From the human T2T-CHM13v2.0 reference genome, Homo sapiens: 64,000 bases of DNA. The stretch is from assembly GCF_009914755.1 (NCBI RefSeq), contig NC_060930.1. One strand, given 5' to 3'. The notes beneath the pieces were generated by a model that was given only the letters and a program-made list of their open reading frames with translations, did no database searches and was not told where the DNA came from. The position numbers were made by a program, and so were the translations under genes. Positions 52,230 to 64,000 of this stretch are shown piece after piece (the stretch's first letter is position 1; the number at the start of each line of letters is the position of its first letter).

Positions 52230-53700
52230 TAATTGAAGAGTGTTAAAGGGTGAAGAAAGGATTCTCCTTCTGGGTAAAATGGAATAAGCACACTCCACCC
52301 TGTCTTTCCACCTGAATGCAGGCATAAAAGCTGGACAGAATGCATAGAGCCACTATTTGAGGACTCTGAAAAGTAAATAATAGCAGGCACATCAGTGAAG
52401 AAGACAAAAATCAAAGTACCACTGAACTGATGTTTAGTTTAGTATTTTTTCCAATGTATGAGCTCCCCTAGCTTGAACTGTCAACCCATAGTTCTATTAC
52501 TAGCAAAAATATCCTTCAGTAATGAAGTGATGAAATAAAGACATCCTCAGATGAAGGAAAACTAAGAGGAGTTGTTTTTAGTAAGCTTGCACTAAAAGAA
52601 TTGCTAAAGGAAATTCACCATATAGTAGGGAAATGATACCAAAAGGAAACTTGGAGCATTAGGAATAAAGGAAGAGCAACAGAAATGGCAAATACCAAGA
52701 TAAGTATAATATTCTTCTCCTCTTTAGTTCTTTAAAATATGTTAAATGATAGAAAGCAAAAATTCAAACAATGGTGAAGTTTTTAATGTTTATAGATGTG
52801 GTATATAATAACTACAAAATAAAAGGGCAAGGATAAAGAGACCTATATGGTAGTGAAGTTTTCATATTGCACTTACAGTGGTAAAATACTGATTCTAAGT
52901 AGAGTTAGAAAAAGTTAAATATGTCTACTGTAATCCCTAGAGCAACCCATAAAGATACTGTACAAAGAGATATAGGTTGGGCACAGAGGCTCATGCCTGT
53001 AATCCCAATACTTTGGGAGGCTGAGGTGGGAGGATGGCTTGAGGTCAGGAATTCAAGACTAGCCTAGGAAACATAGTGAGACCCCACCTCTACAAAAAAA
53101 AAAAAAAAAAAAAAAAAAAAGAAAGCCAGACATGGTGGTGAATGCTTATAGTCCTAGCTACTCAGGGGGCTGAGGTGGGAGAATCACTTGAGCCCAAGAG
53201 TTTGAGGCTGCAGTGAGCTATGATCAAGTCAAAACACATAATAGATAAAATGTAATATTAAAAAATGTTCAAGTAACCCAAAAGGAGATAGGAAAGGAGA
53301 AATAGAAGAACAAAAAACAGAGATAAAAACTAAAAGCAAACAATAAAATATTAGGCATCAATCTAAACATATCAATAATTACATTAAGTGTAAATGGTCT
53401 AAATCAGTGGTTGAGGAATGTTTTTAAAAAGCCATATAGTAAATATTCGGCTTTGTGAACCATAAGCAATCTCTTTTACATATTGTTCTGTTCAAAAACA
53501 GGTGGTGGGTTGGATTTGGCCCATGGGCCATAGTTGGCCAACCTTTGGTCTCAACATGCCAATTAAAACAGAGAGAATGTCAGAATGGATTAAAAAAAGA
53601 AGAAAGCACAGCCTAGTTATATACTGCCTACAAGACACTCACATCAGTTATAATAATATACGTAGGTCAAAAGTCAAGGATGAGGAAACGAGGATGCTCC
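52230..53700 (+). mobile_element. Degenerate L1M ORF1-end/ORF2-start fragment with an Alu (52975-53228) and a MER58-like insert (about 53405-53550)
   Basis: aaaatatccttcagtaatgaag...tcagatgaaggaaaactaagag; aataattacattaagtgtaaatggtctaaat...tgcctacaagacactcac. Confidence 0.65.
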
Positions 53701-54246
53701 TCAGGAGGTGAAAGTCTTGATAAAAGTTTTTTCTAATGTGTACTAAGATGGGAAATTGAGAGAAATAGAAGGGATTCTCCCTGATCCTTTCTCTTCCCTT
53801 GTATGAAAGTCAGACTCCTGATAACATCTGCATTTAAGAACATAGCCCTGAAACTGGAAGTAAAGAATGCCTCTGAGTTTTATCAGTAACCTTCACCAAA
53901 CCTGAGCTCTTTATGCCACAATAAAGTCTATTAGGCACTCATTCTGAGCCTACTTACTCTTATTTTACACATAGTTAACTATGTTAGCCACTCCGCCAGT
54001 GTCATGAGATGAGAAAAAAGATAGAAGGGAGGAAAAATCAGAAACTAATGTGTAAAGTAGAGTAAGAAAGGCGTGTGACAATACAATTGCCACTGGACCA
54101 TATAATGGTAACCAAGAGGACCTAAGGAAGGTCAAGATATAACTAACTTCTCCCGTTTAAGCATTTCATTTAGTACAAATCTTACTTAAAGGAGAACTTT
54201 CTTTTCAATCTGTGGGTTCCATTTTTCTTTTAGAGAATGTTTTCTT

Positions 54247-54372
54247 TATATATATATTTACATATAATATATAATATTATATTATATATATTTACATATA
54301 ATATATATTATATTATATATATATTTACATATAATATATAATATTATTATATTACATATATATAAATATATT
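54247..54372. repeat. AT-rich minisatellite (about 3 units of tatatttacatataatatata...)
   Basis: Repeated tttacatataatatata at the tail of a minus-strand Alu monomer. Confidence 0.85.
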
Positions 54373-55418
54373 TTAATAGAGTTGGGGGTCTTTCTATGTT
54401 GCCCTGACTTGTCTTGAACTCCTGAGCTCAAGGAATGTACCCACTCTGGCCTCCCAAAGTGCTGGGATTACAGGTGTGAGCCACTGTGCCTGGCTTTGTT
54501 TTCACATATTTTTGATAATTTTTCTGTTGCTTCGTTGAATTTTTACTTCAAGCGACAATTACCTATATATTGGGTCACTTTTTAAAAATGATGTCTTTCA
54601 TTTTCTTTAATCTAGAGCAATCTTTAAGTTGTTTTCTGGGAAGGGTGGGGAGGGAGGTTTTATGACAATGACATTTTTGAGAAGTCCAGACAAGTTGTCT
54701 TGTGAAGTGTCCCACAATTCGAATTTGTCCAATTATTTGCTTATGATTAGATTCAGATTACCCATTTTTTGCAAGAATAGCTAGTGTGTAGTGTTCAGTT
54801 CATCACATCGGGATGCATACTGTCTCAGGCTTTCCCATCATTCATTGCACTAAATTTGAGCACTTGGCTAAGGTAAGTGTTCAGCAGATTTCTCCATTGG
54901 ACCTGGGTCACTTTTATTTTCCATATCTATTCATTTTTCTTAAACGACTTTTTGGGTTTTATTTCCTTATGCTCACTTTATTTGTCTCAAGACTTTCCTT
55001 CTTGGGAATAATTTAATTTTTTGCTATATCAATTTTGTTCCTTACTGATAAGCAGTGCTGCTCCTGATATTTGTAGGAATAAGAGCAAGAAAATAAATGC
55101 AGGGCCATCCTCCATATATCTAAATATTTAGAAGTTATAAACCAAACTAAGAAATTATTAAATTAAAAAATATGCTCTATCCTTCTTCTTTGACAAATAT
55201 ACTTTCATACTAACAAAATAGACAATATGTGTAAAAGCCATGGTTTTTACATGACTGAAATTTGACAAAATATTAAAGGTGATGCATGTAATTATAATTG
55301 GGCATATTTGAGTGTTCTGTTCATGGGCCAGCAATGGTTAGATGTGTACTAAAGTAAAAACTTTTATAGTTCATATGCTTTTTGTCTATTCATAACATTA
55401 ATTTTTCTTTCATTTTAG

Positions 55419-56893
<1,475 letters not shown>

Positions 56894-58128
56894 TCAAAAT
56901 TACATAAAGTTGATATTTTATTTAGTATTTTAAAAGTTTAATACAGTAATAGTAAAAGATTTTTACATTGTAAAACTATTTGTAGTGTTAATGTTCAAAG
57001 TCCACATAGTTACCAATGTAAATAATTGGAACTACACTTCACATAAGTTATTTCTTGTCTGTATGTACATACACCTTTAAGAATAATATGTAATATGAGT
57101 TGTTTAATGTTGCAAAATGCTCCTCAGATGCCATGTGTAACAGTTGTGAATATATTTTAATATTTTAGTACCTTCAAAACCAATGAATTAGATACAAAAA
57201 GACATGAGAGAATGAATGCTTGGCCTTCTGGGAAATAATACTTTCTTCAGTAAGAATCTATGGGATTCATGCTGAGACTATGTATCTGACAAGCAAGTGA
57301 ATTGGTCTATTATCCTTCTTAAATTCTTCAGCTCAAATCTTTCTCATTCTCCTGAGCAGTGTCCATCTCTGATACTGGCAAAGGCGCAAAAACCTTCATG
57401 GCGTTTGGCATTCTTCGGTACATCAGAAGAAACCTTTCCTTGGGGCCTGAGGGTGTGAATTATGAGAGTAGGTTTAGGGTTGTGGGTTTTGCTGTGCCAG
57501 CACAGAACATCAGAGATGTCCACGTGTTCTTTAATGAATTTATCTTCCTGGTCTTTGTGATATCTTCGGTCCTCTAAAGAGCAGGGCCCAGAGCCTGGGT
57601 CTCTTTTATCTGTGAGTAATGTCATATATAAGAAGCAGAATCTATGAGTTATGATGAGTATTCTTTTAGTCTTTAATCTGTTTACTTAGAATTGTAAGTT
57701 TCTCTTTTCCTGTTGTTGTTTTGTATTTCATCTTGTCTTTAAGTTCTTATTTATAGAATTCATATTTTTTTAGTTGCTTTATAGAGAAGCCGTTATAGAG
57801 AATTTCCTTCTCTCCTTTGAGTTATATTTTCTTCAACACTGGGTTCCATATCTTTTTTTTCTTAGTCTGGTTGTTTCTTTGTCCTCCTTTTAAAAAAGTA
57901 ATAGATTTTCATAATGCAGACAGTATTTGTTTTCATCTTCTTAATGTTTAATGTAGGGGAGTTTATCCAGACTTTCAATTTACTTGGGTGTAATTTCTCC
58001 TCAAATCCTTTCTCATTTTTGTGCAAGACCCATTTGTTTTGCCTTCTGGACTGTGGCTGGAGGGCATAGTTCTAGTGCTCTGTCAGCTTTTCTGTATCTA
58101 TGCATTGGTGGGGAAAAGGTAGCTGTAA

Positions 58129-61713
<3,585 letters not shown>

Positions 61714-62409
61714 TTATTACTGTGCTTGATCTGTAGTATGAGCTCAATAAATAGTACCTATGTTGGTTATTAATATTGCACATAACTCCAAGGAGTCCTA
61801 GGTAATAAGAAATTTATACCTCCATAGGGTATCATAGCTCTTAGAAATGCTTTTGGTTGCAAATAACAGAAAACTTGAACTTTGGTAGCTCAAACAATTA
61901 GAGATTTATTTAATTTTACAGAACATCATTGGAAGTTGGCAATTCAGGGCTGATTCAGTGCTCAGCAATGTCATGAAAGACCGTGACTTCTTCTGTCTTT
62001 CTGCTCTATCCTGCTCAGTGAGTGGTTTTCATTTCTAGGCCTGTTGGATTCATAGTCACAAGATGGCTGCTGCACCACAAGGCCCCACAACCACATTCCA
62101 GGCTGGAAGAAAAGAGAAAGGTGAAGTAGCCGAATCCTCACACTAAGGCTTTGCCGTTTATTTCAGGAAGGGATGGCCTTCCCAGGGCCTTTTGCTCACA
62201 TCTCATTGGTTGGAACTGTGTCATTAACCAGCCTCAGGTGTAAGAAAGGCTGGAAAGTCACGTTTGGCCTCTCTGCTTCAACAGAAAAGGAAAACAAAGC
62301 AAAAGTAGGGAAATGGGTATTGATCAAACCTGTAACATCAGTTAGAAGGAGGCAGTATAATTTGGCATGCCGAGAGGGCCAGCTTCTAAGCAAGTAGCAT
62401 CATTTCCCC

Positions 62410-63502
62410 TACTGGGGGAACTCGCCCCCAACATTTCAATGTAGGTTCTTTCTATTTTCCGTAAGTGTCGGCCAGCTGAGAAATAAAGAGAGACAATACA
62501 AAGAGAGGAATTTTACAGCTGGGCCGCCAGGGGTGACATCACATATCGGTAGGACCGTGATGCCCGCCTGAGTCTCAGACCAGCAAGGTTTTATTAAGGG
62601 TTTCAAAAGGGGAGGGAGTGTAAGAACAGGGAGTAGGTACAAAGATCACATGCTTCAAAGGACAAAAAGCAGAACCACTGATAAGGGTCTAACAAAGATC
62701 ACATGCTTCTGAGGGAACAGGACAAAGGGCAAAAGCAGAACCACTGATAAGGGTCCAACAAAGATCACAAGGCAAAGGGCAAAGCAGAACCACCGATAAG
62801 GGTCTATGTTCAGTGGTGCACATATTGTCTTGAAAAACATCTTAAACAACAGAAAACAGGGTTCAAGAGCAGAGAACCGGTCTGACCACAAATTTACCAG
62901 AGCGGAGTTTTCCCAACCCTAGTAAGCCTGAGGGTTCTGCAGGAGACCAGGGCTTATCTCAGTCCTTATCTCAACTGCCCAAGACAGACATTCCCAGAGT
63001 GGCCATTTATAGACCTCCTCCCAGGAACGCATTCCTTTCCCAGGGTATTAATATTAATATTCCTTGCTAGGAAAAGAATTTATCAATATCTCTTCTACTT
63101 GCATGTCCGTTTATAGGCTCTCTGCAAGAAGGAAAATATGGCTCTTTTTGCCTGACCCTGCAGGCAGTCAGAGCTTACGGTTGTCTTCACTTGTTCCATA
63201 AAAATCGCTGCTATTCTGTTCTTTTTCAAGGTGCACTGATTTCATATTGTTCAAACACGCATGTTTTACAATCAATTTGTACAGTTAACACAATTATCAC
63301 AGTGGTCCTGAGGTGATGTACATCCTCAGCTTACTAAGATAACAAGATTAAGAGATTAAAGTAAAGACAGGCATAAGAAATTATAAAAGTATTATTTGGG
63401 AACTGATAAATGTCCATATTAAGATGAAATCTTCACAATTTACGTTCCTCTGCTGCGGCTTCAGCTGGTCCCTCCATTTGGGGTCCCTGACTTCCTGCAA
63501 CT
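62410..63502 (-). mobile_element. Solo MER11 LTR (HERV-K11/HML-8; MER11B/C-like)
   Basis: Minus strand begins (T)GTTGCAGGAAGTCAGGGACCCC. Internal tandem units caaagatcac...agcagaaccactgataagggtc. 6-bp TSD ttcccc at 62404-62409 and 63503-63508. Confidence 0.88.
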
Positions 63503-64000
63503 TTCCCCACCCTAGGAACGTAAGGACTAGAGCTGCAACATATGGGAACATACGTAAGTGTTCTGCTTCCAGCCAGGCTCTTGAGAGGGGAAAAGGCTCT
63601 CTGCCCCTTTTTGCTTTTCACTATCACTTATCAAGGGACTGTTATGTAACTAGGACTGAACAGCTGAATAACATTGATGCAGTCATTGACTTCAAAGGTG
63701 GAGGAACATATGCTTGTCAAACTGTATATTACATCCATAGAGATACGCATGTGATGCTGTGGGAAAATACAGAAGAGGGGGCCTCTGGCTCAGACTGGGA
63801 AATCAGGGAAGGCTGCCCAAAGGAGGTGACACTGGAGCTATGTTTGGAAAGATGGCAAAGATCTGGGACGGTAAACAAGGGGGTGGAAAAATATTACAAG
63901 TAGAGGTAACATGTGCAAAGACCCGGAAGTAAGGAGACCATGCAGGTGATTCAAAGAATTCTGAAAAGTTTATTAGGACTGGAGCTTAGGGTTTATGTTG

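Noticed and set aside
63424-63903. 159-aa ORF
   Set aside because: Spans the MER11 end and degenerate old repeat sequence, with no protein signature.

Overview
Human/primate genomic DNA, very Alu-rich (roughly 60 Alu copies or fragments). It contains the complete MCUR1 (CCDC90A, mitochondrial calcium uniporter regulator 1) gene on the minus strand. Nine GT-AG coding exons (48030 to 24412) join into 1080 nt, i.e. 359 aa plus stop. The gene has a CpG-island promoter at about 47330-48330 and a probable 3' UTR of about 4.2 kb ending near AATAAA at 20175-20180. The rest is intergenic and repeat-derived: an orphan CpG island with a divergent pair of CTCF-like motifs (about 2850-3620), a solo LTR12C (ERV9) inside an Alu, an old inverted duplication of an ERV1 LTR end plus flank, a gutted HSMAR2 mariner, a MADE1 hairpin near the MCUR1 promoter, a MER11 solo LTR, and L1/MIR/MaLR/Tigger fragments. 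Nearly all other ORFs in the track are Alu or GC-rich artefacts. I found no convincing undescribed biological system. The best leads are regulatory or structural: a uORF, a stop-codon-overlapping poly(A) signal, inverted Alus in the 3' UTR, frame-preserving coiled-coil exons and asymmetric LTR12C divergence. Repeat subfamily names come from memory of consensus sequences and need RepeatMasker/Dfam confirmation.
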